Assembly: GCF_009914755.1 (NCBI RefSeq)
Contig: NC_060936.1
Strand: one strand, 5' to 3'
Source of the DNA: the human T2T-CHM13v2.0 reference genome, Homo sapiens
Length of the DNA: 64,000 nucleotides
The number at the start of each line of letters is the position of its first letter. Positions within the stretch are counted from its first letter, which is position 1. Positions 26,593 through 39,609 of the stretch are shown one piece after another. The position numbers and the translations under genes were made by a program. A model generated the notes under the pieces. That model was given only the letters and a program-made list of their open reading frames with translations. It was not told the origin of the DNA and did not search any database.

Positions 26593-26683
26593 TTTGTCAA
26601 AGCAAAGACTTTTGTCTAAATTCCTGTGATTTGGTTATTTCCTGACATTTTCCCAGGTAATGACCAAGTAAATTCATACAGAA

Positions 26684-26684
<1 letters not shown>

Positions 26685-26769
<85 letters not shown>

Positions 26770-26780
26770 GAAAGAAAGAG
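26685..26780. repeat. (TG)25(AG)13 compound microsatellite
   Basis: TG run 26685-26734, AG run 26735-26760, then degenerate GA. Confidence 0.98.
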
Positions 26781-27349
26781 ATATCAATTTGGTTCAAAAG
26801 ACTGGTATGAACCTGACTGGTATGAATCTCCCTTTATTCAGAGTGAATTTTTCTCCATATTTGACAATTGGAATTGTCAAGATTTAGGACTAATGTGGAC
26901 CAGTTACACTGGCAACCTGAATTTGTAGCATACCCATAATAAAGAATTATGTTATGTACATAGAAGAAACAAAACTCTCATTTCTACCTCCCCCAATATA
27001 AACACAGTACAAAATGATACACACCTAATTTTCAGCATGAATTGGAAATATGCATGCTAAATTTCCAGTCAAAGATGACTCACGTGTCGACAGTTTTAAC
27101 TGCTTTAGGTAAAATCTCCTACATCACCCTACAACTGCTTTTTTCTTAAAGAGATTTAACTATAATAGCCTTTTTGAAAATGTCAACCTTATTGAAATAG
27201 AAATTACTCTGTTCATTTGTTTCAGGTATGTTGTATTCAAATCTATACTTTGTCTCTCTAAAATTTACACTGAAAAACAAATTTGTAAATTTGCCTTTGT
27301 CTCAGAATTTCATGGTGTTTTTGAATACACTGGGAAGAGTATTATTCAC

Positions 27350-27648
27350 ATGGTTTGAATCTGTGTCCCTAATCAACTCTCATGTTGAATTGTAATCTCA
27401 GTGTTGGAAGAGGGGCCTGTTGGGAGGTGACTGGATCATGGGATTGGAGTTCTCACAAATGGTTTACTACCATCCCCCTTGGTCCTGTGTAGTGAGTGAA
27501 TTCTCACAAGAACTGGTTGGTCAAAAGCGTGTGGTACCTTACCCCCACCCCCTTCCTCCTGGTCTGGCCATGTAAAGATGCCTGCTCCGGCTTTGCCTTC
27601 CACCATGAGTAAAAGCTCCCTAGCCATGCTTCCTGTAAAGCCTGCGGA
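27350..27648 (+). mobile_element. MST (MSTB-like) MaLR LTR, 3'-truncated
   Basis: TGGTTTGAATCTGTGTCCC...GGAGGTGACTGGATCATGG...CCATGCTTCCTGTAAAGCCTGC. Confidence 0.88.
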
Positions 27649-28027
27649 GACTGGGTAATTTATAAAAAAAGAAGTTTAATGGCCTCATGGTTCTGCAGTC
27701 AGTACAGGAAGCATGATGCTGGCATCTGCTTGGCTTCTGGGGAAGCCTCAGGAAACTTACAATCATGGCTGAAGGTGCAAGGGGAGCAGGGTCTTACATG
27801 GCAGGAGAAGGAGCAAGGAAGGCAGGGGGCGGAGGTGCCACATACTTTTAAACCACCAGATCTGGTTAGAACTCACTCACCCACTCACTATCACAAGAAT
27901 AGCACCAAGGGGTGGTACTAAACCATTCATGGAAAATCCACCCCCATGATCCAAACACCTCCTACTAGGCCCCACCTCCAACACTAGGGATCACGTTTCA
28001 AAATGAGATTTGGGTGAGGACAGAGCA
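27647..28027 (-). mobile_element. MST (MSTA/B-like) MaLR LTR, inverted relative to its neighbour
   Basis: GAGACTGGGTAATTTATAAA...GTACAGGAAGCATGATGCTGGCATCTGC...ATGAGATTTGGGTGAGGACA. Confidence 0.88.
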
Positions 28028-28462
28028 GGTATTGAGCTGTCACTCAATACTCACTCCCTGCACAATTTCTGTGTAAGTGAAATGAAACACGAATCAGCCG
28101 TCCAGCCAGGGGCTGGAAGAGATCTTCCATCACCATCCATAGAAATGTCAAAGTGATACAGTACAGCAGAAAGAATAGTGGAGAATGGCTGGAGCCATGT
28201 GTCCTTACCCGTTTTATTAATTTGGTCTGTTTGGTCTGTTAGCATCATCATGGTTTCACCATATCACATGGGAAGCCCAAATATGCTGCCTACTGGCTGA
28301 TAAAATCACCTCCAACCTTTACCCCCAAATTATGTGACACATCGGAGGGTAAGACAGACATTCTTCTAGGTTCAGCTCACTTACCTCGATTACACTACAC
28401 ATAAAGGTAAAGTAATAAGCCACAAATGGCAATTTAAAATTAAATTTCCTACTTTCATTGAA

Positions 28463-28664
28463 AAAAAATCACACTATATATATAGTGTGATTTTTTATAT
28501 ATATAAACATATATAAATATATATAAATATATAAACATATATAAATATAAACATATATAAATATATAAACATATATAAATTATATATAAATATATAAATT
28601 ATATATAAATATATATTTTTATATATATATAAATTCAGCATATATATATATATATATGCTGAAT
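28463..28664. repeat. AT-rich low-complexity tract bracketed by two perfect palindromes
   Basis: AAAAAATCACAC(TA)5GTGTGATTTTTT 28463-28496; ATTCAGC(AT)9GCTGAAT 28633-28664. Confidence 0.95.
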
Positions 28665-29122
28665 CTCTGAAGGCGTTTAGAAAATGGACCCATGGAATTC
28701 TTTCTGCAGTTTCCGGTATCATCAGTATCTCTTGCTAAAATGTCTTCTGAGCTTTGGCAGGGGAGTACATCAACCACACAGGTGCGATGTTTGTGAACAA
28801 GAGTCCCACTCAGGTCCAATGCTGTAAGCAGTCCCCGCAATTATGAATCTAAAAAGTAATTAACACCAAAGGTGGCCACATTGCTTTCCCACTTAGAGGG
28901 GCAAATGAGAGTGCACATTAGATTAAGTACAGACTAACACAGCATATGCAAAGTCGGGAGTTTCAAATGAAAAAAACAAACCTGGATTGAAGTATCCGAG
29001 AGGATACATTTCCAACCATCAGGATAAGAAGGAAAAAGGTCAACTGGAAATGGACTTCAACAGGACCTGGCAGTTTCTAATTCTTTGAGAAAAATATTAA
29101 CTTTGAGACACATTAAAAATCA

Positions 29123-29431
<309 letters not shown>

Positions 29432-30193
29432 TCAGGAAACATTTATATCAAATTTCAGTATGTGCATGAACACAATGTCCTTCTTTACTCCAAGGGCTTT
29501 AAATGATTACTTCCTTGGAGTTCCTGCTCATTTTCTTTCTTCATACCTGTTCTGTCCAGCTAAGTGTCCCCAGTGGCCCAGAACACGGGGAGAACCTTCC
29601 ACCTGTGGCCAGCATTTGCACCTGGGCCCCCTACAGACCATGTCTACACAGCAAACAACAAGCCACATTCATAAAAGTACAAGTCAGGGTGCATCTCCAC
29701 CTGCTCAGGACCCTCCAGTGGCTTCTGTGCCCACTTTGAAGAATATTCAAACTCCCCGAATGTAGTTTACATGGCTCTATATGGCAGGCACTATGAGAAC
29801 CTAGGCCCAAAAGTCTGGCTCGAACCTGCCTTTCTTCAGAGTAAATTTTTTTTTCTCCATTTTTTTACTGACAGCTGAAGACCATGTCAAGATTTGGGAT
29901 AACTGTGAAACAGACAGTGAAGATAGTAATTTGCATTTATAAAGTGTCCATAATAAAGAAAAGGTGCTATGTGCCACAGATGTAAGACTGCTATGTATCA
30001 AATCCCCCAATACTAACATAATGCAGAATGCTGCCACATGTTTCTTGGCATGAAATAAAAACCACACGTGTGCACACACACATACACACACACACACACA
30101 CGTAGAAATTCCAAAGCAACTAGGCTATATGGTACAGCCTTTAAGGTCACTCGCCTATTAATATTTCCCCTACCATTTCTCCTTCACTTGCTT

Positions 30194-30400
30194 CAGGGGC
30201 CTGCACCCTTTTTCTGGAAAGAGCCAGATGGTAAATATATTAGGTTCTCCAGGCCAAGGAATCGTCTTTGTAACTATTCAGCTCTGAGAGTTTAGCAGGA
30301 AAAAAAAGCCACAGACACAACATAAAAGCGTGGATTTTCATAAAATCCACATCGGACAAAAACAAATATGCTTCATATTCACTCTCCTGCTGCTCTCGCT
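30194..30400 (-). mobile_element. MER58A-like hAT MITE, diverged
   Basis: CAGGGG...TTTTTCTGGAAAGAGCCAGATGGTAAATATATTAGG...AACTATTCAGCTCTG; antisense to the copy at 33346. Confidence 0.65.
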
Positions 30401-30709
30401 TGCCATAAGAATGGGATGCTTCTTCTACCCTCCATGTTCCCATGGGGGACCCCTTATCATCACCAGATGTCTGCTCAAATTCACCTTCTCCTGACCACAT
30501 TATCCAAAGAATCTCCTGACCGTGCCACTTTGGAGCTTCACAGTGAGCTATTGGGGAAAGAACCATGGAAATGCTAAGGTGTTGGGCACTCCCAGCCCCT
30601 GGGGAATCTAGGAGGGACCTGGAGAGGCCACAGCCCCATCTCACTTCTGGTCATAACCTGCTATATCCACTTCCCCCACTGTGACACACAGACATTAATT
30701 CCTACATAA

Positions 30710-31235
30710 CAAGGGTCCCCAACCCCCAGGACCAGTACCAGTCTGTGGCCTGTTAGGAGCCATGACACATAGCAGAAGGTGAGTGATGGGTGAGTGAGTG
30801 AAGCTTCATCTGTATTTACAGCCACTCCCCAACGCTCACATTACCACCTGAGCTCCAGCTCCTGTCAGCTCAGCAGCAGCATTAGATTCTCATAGGAGTG
30901 CCAACCCTACTGTGAACTGTGCATGCGAGGGATCTAGGTTGCACGCTCCTTATGAGAATCTAACGCCTGATGATCTGTCACTGTCTCCCATCACCCTCAG
31001 ATGGGACCATTTAGTTGCAGGAAAACAAGCTCAGGGCTCCCACTGATTCTACATTATGGTGAGTTGTATAATTATTTCATTATATATTACAATGTAATAA
31101 TAATACAAACAAGTGCACAATAAATGTAAAGTGCTGAAATAATCCTGAAATCATCCTCCCCACCCTGCCCCGGTCCATGGAAAAATTGTCTTCCATAAAA
31201 CTGGTTCCTGGTGCCAAAAATGTTGGGGTCTGTTG
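30710..31235 (+). mobile_element. MER1A hAT-Charlie MITE, complete
   Basis: CAAGGGTCCCCAAC...GTTGGGGTCTGTTG termini; GCATTAGATTCTCATAGGAG; 8-bp TSD CTACATAA / CTATGTAA. Confidence 0.92.
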
Positions 31236-32801
31236 CTATGTAAGGCACGACAAAAAGACAGTAGGAAGCCCTGCTCTATCCCACTACTCTTGGAAAAAGA
31301 ACTAGCACTCACGACTTGTGTATTCATTTTACTTCTATTCATTCATTTATTCATTCTCTACCCACCTAGAAGGTAAGCTCCATGTGAGCAACCACCCTGT
31401 CTATTTCAGCTCAGCATCTCCAACACCTAGAAGAATGCCTGTGAAAGGCCCTCACTAAATACCGTTGGTGAGCAAATCCTGAATCCTGAAAGCAACAGAA
31501 GGCTGCCATCCAGCAGAGATCACAAGGTGCTACTAACGCACATCCGTACAACTTCCAAAACTAGTCCAGGTCATCTCACAAATTTCATGTCATTTCCAAA
31601 AAGCCTTCCAGAGACCCAACAGAAAATGGTTCCGAATCTCATGTTGGCCTAAGGTGGTTTCATCCAGACAAATCCCTCTGTTCAGTGCATCTGCTCTGCC
31701 AGGGCCAGAGTGACATGGAGCCCTGAGACTCCCATTCCATGGGCTCTTGTCCCTGCTTCTAGAGCAGAGGGGGCTGAGACAGGCTGAGATTCATCCCACC
31801 GCACTTGTCTTTCAGATGAGTTCGACCAGCTTGGAAGGTGCTTTTCCTTTCACAATGACAAGTCCTGCAGCAGCGCATCTGAAGGACCTATTATTCTATT
31901 TTCAGATTTTAACAGTGCAAATGTCTCATTGCAGCTCATTTTGTAACTTACTGAGCTGTGTTATATCATGCAAATTTTCCAAATACAAACCAAACATGTC
32001 TCATAGAACACTTTACAGCTCCATCCCATCTTAAACCAAGCAGAAAATGCAGCAGTTCAGAAGTGTGGGGATGACAGTATTCCTAGCAGAGAGACGGGAC
32101 GCTAGCCAGGAGGCCTGCAGCTACACGACCCAGGATTAATTGAGGAAGTCTAACGGAAGGGGCCTCTGCTGTCAGAGGGAGAGGGAAGACAGGAGAGATT
32201 TTATGACAGTCTTTGAACAGTCACAAGGGTGAATGCAATCGTTTACCTTCCCAGCCAAACAAAATACTCCTAAATTCCACTTTCTGTGGTTGCTAAAAAC
32301 AGTATCATCAGATATCAAGGCCAAGGGCCCTGGCAGGCTGCAATGTTATGATAGGGTTAGCCCCAGGTACAACACAGAGCCTGGTCTGGGTCCAGCATGC
32401 ATAGCATTTGGAAGCGCACCTTCGAGAGCAGCAGAGTTGCTGCTTCACAGTGGCCAGATCAACCAGTAAACTCTCTCCTGCCACCCTGTCACTTCATTTC
32501 CACTCCTGACTCCTGGATGCAGCTCTTCCTTCCATCCACACTCAGACCTAGCCTCCAGTCCCCAGCTCAGCTCCCAGTTCACTCCTACAGATTGATTTCT
32601 CTCTATTTGGCTCTATCCTTTGGGGTAGGCCACCTAATTCTGAGCTTATTCTTCCTTTACTATAAAATGTGCAAATTGGACAAGAACGGTATTTTCCAAA
32701 CCTTAGCTATTCAAATAAACCCTTCAAGATTTTTGAATCCATTTACTTTGCAACGCAACCTCACCTTAGTTCTGTAAACTAAAAGTTGACAGCACTGTTA
32801 G

Positions 32802-33246
<445 letters not shown>

Positions 33247-33345
33247 ACAGATCATTTTAAGAGGAACTACTTTCTTACTCCAGGCTTCAACTTCACCTAT
33301 GCTATATTGTGGCCCCATCTAAAATCATGTGACACACCACTAGCG

Positions 33346-33567
33346 CAGTGTTTGGCAAACTACAGCCCACTCACCAAACCCAGCCCACCGCCTGCTTTGA
33401 CGAATAAAGTTTTATTGGAACACAGCCGTGCCTATGTGCTTACATATGTTCTCTGGCTGCGTTCTCTGCACAACAGCAGATTTGCTGGCCACAGTAGAAA
33501 CTGTATACCCTGCAAAGCCAAACCTATTTACTGCCTGGCTTTTACAGAATAGATTTGCTGCCCCCTT
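33346..33567 (+). mobile_element. MER58A hAT MITE
   Basis: GGCAAACTACAGCCC...AATAAAGTTTTATTGGAACACAGCC...TTTACAGAATAGATTTGC. Confidence 0.88.
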
Positions 33568-33589
33568 TTCTAGTGGATGGACACAATTC

Positions 33590-34343
33590 TGTGAAAGGAA
33601 AATCAATCTTGGGGCCCCCAAATCACTAAGCTAAAGGGAAAAGTCAAGCTGGGCACTGCTGAGGGGAAACCTGCCCCATTCTATTCAAAGTCCCCCCTCT
33701 GCTCACTGAGATAAATGCATATTCAATTGCCTCCTTTCGAGAGGCTCATCAGAAACTCAAAAGAATGCAACCATCTGTCTGTTATCTACCTATGACCTGG
33801 AAGGCCCCTCCAGGCTTCCAGTTGTCCCACCTTTCCGGACTGAACCAATTCCGAACAGAACCAATGTACCATTTTTTTTTTTTTTTTTGAGACAGAGTCT
33901 CACTCTGTCACCAGACTGGAATGCAGTGGTTCAATCTCTGCTCACTGCAACCTCGTGCAACCTCGGCCTCCTGGGTTCAAATGATTCTCCTACCTCAGCC
34001 TCCCAAGTAGCTGGGATTATAGGCATGTGCCACCAGGCCCAGCTAATTTTTGTATTTTTAGTAGAGACAGGGTTTCACCATGTTGGCCAGGATGGTCTCC
34101 ATCTCCTGACCTCATGATTCGCCCGCCTCAGCCTCCCAAAGTGCTGGGGAACCTATGTACTTCTTACACATATTGATTAATGTCTCATGTCTCCTTAAAA
34201 TATATAAAACCAAGCTGTGCCCCAACCACCTTGGGCATATGTCATCAGGAATTCCTGAGGCTGTGTCACGGGCATGCACCCTCAACCTTGGCAAAAGAAA
34301 CTCTAAATTAACTACGACATGTCTCAGATTTTCAGAGTTCACA
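33590..34343 (+). mobile_element. MER4A1-like ERV1 solo LTR with a nested Alu
   Basis: TGTGAAAGGAAAATCAATCTTGGGGCCCC...GAGTTCACA; perfect 4-bp TSD ATTC (33586-33589 / 34344-34347). Confidence 0.9.
33872..34148 (-). mobile_element. AluSc-like, slightly 5'-truncated, inside the MER4 LTR
   Basis: CTGTCACCAGACTGG and CCAGGATGGTCTC; TSD GAACCAATGTAC (33858-33869) / GAACCTATGTAC (34149-34160). Confidence 0.93.
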
Positions 34344-34694
34344 ATTCTTAGAGAATCTTCGCTTCTTCAAGTCCCTTCTCTGAGCAGGCTTCCTTTGCTC
34401 CACGTACATATTTCCATGACAGCCTCACTGTGGCCATAATTGTTTGTCCTTGCAGCTGTAATAGACTATCAGCCCCACGAGGGCAATGTGGACTCCTGGG
34501 AAGGCCGTTACCATGGGAGTGAGAGAGACCAGGCAGTGTGAATGGGGACACACTACCCACCCACAGGAGACACCTTAACCCTAAAAGTGGAACTGCAGTT
34601 ACCATTTTACAGTGCCGTTACAACAATAAGAGAGTACTATATGTAACCATCAGACACAGTATAATCTCCCTCAATGAGTATTCAGTGAATAAAA

Positions 34695-35572
<878 letters not shown>

Positions 35573-35679
35573 AAATGAATGAAGGAACAAAGGAATCAAT
35601 CAATGTATTTTTAACTCACACTGACTTTTGTCTTCATTTCATGCTTAACACCCTTAGAATTATTGATAATTATAACCAG

Positions 35680-36224
35680 TGTTGAGATAGGGGTTTAGCA
35701 AGACTAGTTTCCCAAGACCCAGTCAGAAGACCCCATTGATAAAAGAGGATGCAATAGAGAAGCCAGGCCAAATGCACTAAAACCAAGATGGTGACGGAGT
35801 GACCTCTGGTTACCCTTGCTGCTCATTATATGCTAATTATAATGCATTAGCATGCTAAAAGAAACTCCCACTAGTGCCAGGACAGTTTACAAATTCTATG
35901 GCAACTCCTGGAAGTTCCCCTATATGTTCTAAAAGGGGGTAGAACCCTCAGTTCCAGGAACTCCCCTCCCTCCCCCAGAAAACTCATGAATATTCCACCA
36001 TTTGTTGAGCATACAGTCAAGATGCAACCATATATATGGCCAGTCAGCAGCGTATCGGGGTGCTCTGCCTATGGGGCAGCCACCCTTTTACTCCTTTACT
36101 TTCTTAATAAACTTTTTTCACTTTACTCTGTTGGCTCGTACTTGAATTATTTCCTGCATGAAGCCAAAAACCCACTTGGCTTCCCAGGCTGAGCCCCAGC
36201 CTTGGGGAACTTTTGCTTATAACA
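35680..36224 (+). mobile_element. MER41-family (MER41C-like) ERV1 solo LTR
   Basis: AAAACCAAGATGG...GCTCATTATATGCTAATTATAATGCATTAGCATGCTAAAAG...TTTACTTTCTTAATAAAC...AACA. Confidence 0.88.
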
Positions 36225-36539
36225 GCTCCCATTACATTTTTCTGCCCCAGAGTTCACAAAAGTACATTTCGCACTGTCTCTTTTATTCTCCACAACCACC
36301 TTTCAGCAGGTATTATTTTACCCACTTTGCAGAGGGCGATGCAGTATGTCCAAGAGGATAAGGACTCTGTCTAAGGCAATGCTGGTAGGAATCACCAGTC
36401 TGACTCCTAACCTTTCTGCTACTCGGCCATGACTCTCCCAGCCATTGCATCAGCACCTCCTAGAGCTTCTTAGGGTATCTCCCACATAGGCTGTCAAGCT
36501 GAGACAGGGACAAAGGCTTTTGTATTAGGGGATATTTCA

Positions 36540-37845
36540 GGAATACAAAAGAAGTAGAGAGTAGTATAATGAACATTCATGTCCCCACCACCCAGAGATA
36601 AATACTCCTCCCAAATACTCTCTGGACTCTCTCTCTCCACTGAACTCTCTATTTCCCCCAAGATAATTACAATCATCAACTTGCATTTATCATTCCTAGC
36701 TGTGTTCTTATACAAATGCGTGGGTATGCGTGTATATATACAATATGTGCAAATGTGTGTATATGTATATATATATAAACATGCATTCACGCACAAAGAT
36801 ATAAACACACATATAAATAACATGCATTTTTTTTTTTTTTTGATATGGAGTTTTGCTCTTGTCACCCAGGCTACAGTGCAATGGTGCAATCTTGGCTCAC
36901 TGCAACCTCCGCTTCTCAGGTTCAAGCAATTCTCTTGCCTCAGCCTCCTGAGTAGTGGGGATTACAGGTGTCGCCACCACGCTTGGCTAATTTTTTGTAT
37001 TTTTAGTAGAGACAGGGTCTCCCCATGTTGGCCAGGCTGGTCTCAAACCACTGACCTCAGGTGATCCACCTGCCTCGGCCTCCCAAAGTGCTGAGATTAC
37101 AGGGGTGAGCCACTGCGCCCAACCACATGTTTTTATACATACATACATATATATATATATATACTCACAAACAAAACAGTATTATTTTGCATGTTTTTCA
37201 AATTGTTATATTGTCATAACATATTTCTGCAATGTGCATTATTTGCTGTTCCTTTGTTTTTCTGTTTTTTTTTTTTTTTTTTGCAATTTGTCCACTTGTG
37301 TACATGCAGCTCTAGTTTATTTATTTTAACTCACATATATTGCTGTATTGTATGCACATGCCCTGAGACTTTGATGCATTCTTTCCTCGAGGGATGCTTA
37401 GGTTGTTTCCAAGCCTTCCTCACGACAATCAGTGAATGTTTTGTAGTTGCTTCTGACTTCAGATGTAGGAGAGCTTCTGGGTGTGTGTCTAGCAGAACTG
37501 CTGGATCATGGAGGAAGGCTGCCTTCTGCTTTGCTAGATATTGCCAGATTGCTCTCCAAAGTGGTTGCACCAATTTACACTGCCACGTGCAGAGTAGGAG
37601 AGTTCCCAGGATTCTTTTTGTGCGATATTACCTTTGCCAATATAATGATTGTGGAATGGTATTGCTTATTTTGTATTTCCCTGATTACTGGAGACATTGA
37701 GCATTGTTTCATATGCTTATTGGCTGGTGGTATTTTTTATGTAAATTAATCCACACATCTTTTGCTAATTTTTCTACTGTGTTATTTTGCTTTTTCTCAT
37801 TGATTTGTAGAAGATCTTTAAGCATCCTGGGTAATAATTTTTGTC
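36540..37845 (-). mobile_element. Old L1M fragment containing an Alu
   Basis: TTAGGTTGTTTCCA...GATATTGCCAGATTGCTCTCCAAAGTGGTTGCACCAATTTACACT...TTTCCCTGATTACTGG. Confidence 0.7.
36827..37124 (-). mobile_element. AluSq/Sp-like
   Basis: GGAGTTTTGCTCTTGTCACCCAGG...GCAATGG; TSD ACATGCATTTT / ACATGTTTTT. Confidence 0.94.
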
Positions 37846-37849
37846 GTTT

Positions 37850-38575
37850 TGAAACCACCTTTGTAAAGAATATAACAGTGAGAAAATTATGATGGGAAAA
37901 AAGATCTGCCCTAACCGATTTGCCTTTAACCTCCAAGCTGCCCTAGTTCATTTCTGGGCATAGGCTGCACTAACTTTGGGAGGAATTAAGTTCGTAGTTT
38001 AAATTTGAAACAAAGATGATAATAACCCCTCCCCAAAACAAAGTCCCTCCCTGTTTGGAGACCAGACCGCTTTGTAAAACCAATGCATTTTTCACAAGAT
38101 TATAAATTACGGCTCAGGAGTCCTGCAGCCAGAGGCCACAAGGCTCCTAACCTTCCCAATCGCTCCTATGGATAACATCACTATTGACAAACCTGAGATT
38201 GGTGTTTGGGGTATGTTTCAGCCCTTGCATTCTGCTGGATCAGCTGGCACCACCCAGATTGGTACACTGCCTCATCCTGTCCTGTGACCTCCACCCAGGA
38301 GCTGATTCAGTGCAGGAGGACAGCTTTGACTCCCCATGATTTCATCCCGACGTAACCAATCCGCATTCCCTATTCCCTTGCCCCCTGCCCTAGAAATTTC
38401 TTTTAAAAAACCCTAGCCTCCAAATTGTTGAGGAGACTGATTTAAGTAATAATAAAACTCCGGTATCCTGTTTCGTGGCTCTATGTGTATTAAACTCTCC
38501 CTATTGCAATTCCCTTGTCTTCATAAATCAGCTCTATCAGGGCAATGGGCAAGGTGAGCCCATTGGGCAGTTACA
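37850..38575 (+). mobile_element. LTR8-family (LTR8A/B-like) ERV1 solo LTR
   Basis: TGAAACCACCTTTG...GGATCAGCTGGCACCACCCAGAT...GTAATAATAAAACTCC...GGGCAGTTACA; approximate TSD GTTT/GTTC; colinear with 60116-60797. Confidence 0.88.
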
Positions 38576-39609
38576 GTTCAAGGCAAAGCCTGTTTTATGC
38601 TTCTCTTGTCACATACATTGCACATAGCCCGTGCATTAAAAAATATTTATTGATGAATAATTGTTTCACTCTTAATAATGTATCTATGTTCAATTGGTAT
38701 ACAAGTCAATTTTATTGGCAACAAATCACCAAAGTGGTGCCTAAACCACAGTATTTTATGAATACGCATTTGATTTCAATGAATAATGCATCAAATAAAT
38801 GGGGAATTCAGCAGTAAAATTTTCATATGATATGCATTTTCACTCAAATACCATCTATAATAAATAGGGTTTTTCCTTTATAAAAAAATATATATATAAT
38901 TGGTAAATTAAAACCTCAAAATGAAGGAACTGTAGAATGCGGGCCAAACTGGAGAGGTCTCCCAAGCCCCATGTTAAGCACACTTCAGAGTTCCAACTGA
39001 CTCCGGAGGGAAGGAAAACATCTCCAGATGGCAGGATGCTGGGTGCTTTTGGTTTGGGTTTTCATTTCACCCTCACAATAATCCTGCAAAGTAGATGGTT
39101 TTTGACCCCATGTTCTCAAATGAAGAAACCAATATTTAGAGGGGATAAGAAACTTCGCTCAAGTCACTCCATAAATGATAAAGTCAGGATTCACACTCAG
39201 ATCTCTCATTTCTTATTCAACAATAGTTTGTTTACTCCAGTCAGGTACAGGGTTCTGACAACAGAGACGAACAAGGTGTCATCAGGAATTGAATTCCATA
39301 TTCCTTCACTTTCTCCTTGGTACCCATCTCCAGCTTGGAAGATGGTACAGAAAAACTTGGAATTGCTTTAATATAAAATGCCTCCACAAGCCACCAAGTA
39401 AAGTTAAATACAGATGTAACCTCAAGAAAGCACCCCCACACAGGGTAAAATACGGCATGAAATGAGACAGAAATTTTGTAATCATTTGATTGGGAACCTG
39501 ATACTCCCCACCACTCTACCATCTTTGCAAAATAATTATGATAACTATAAATATTTTTCTCTCATCTCCAGTAAATTCTTAACTCTCATAAGTTACTGAC
39601 TTATTTAAA

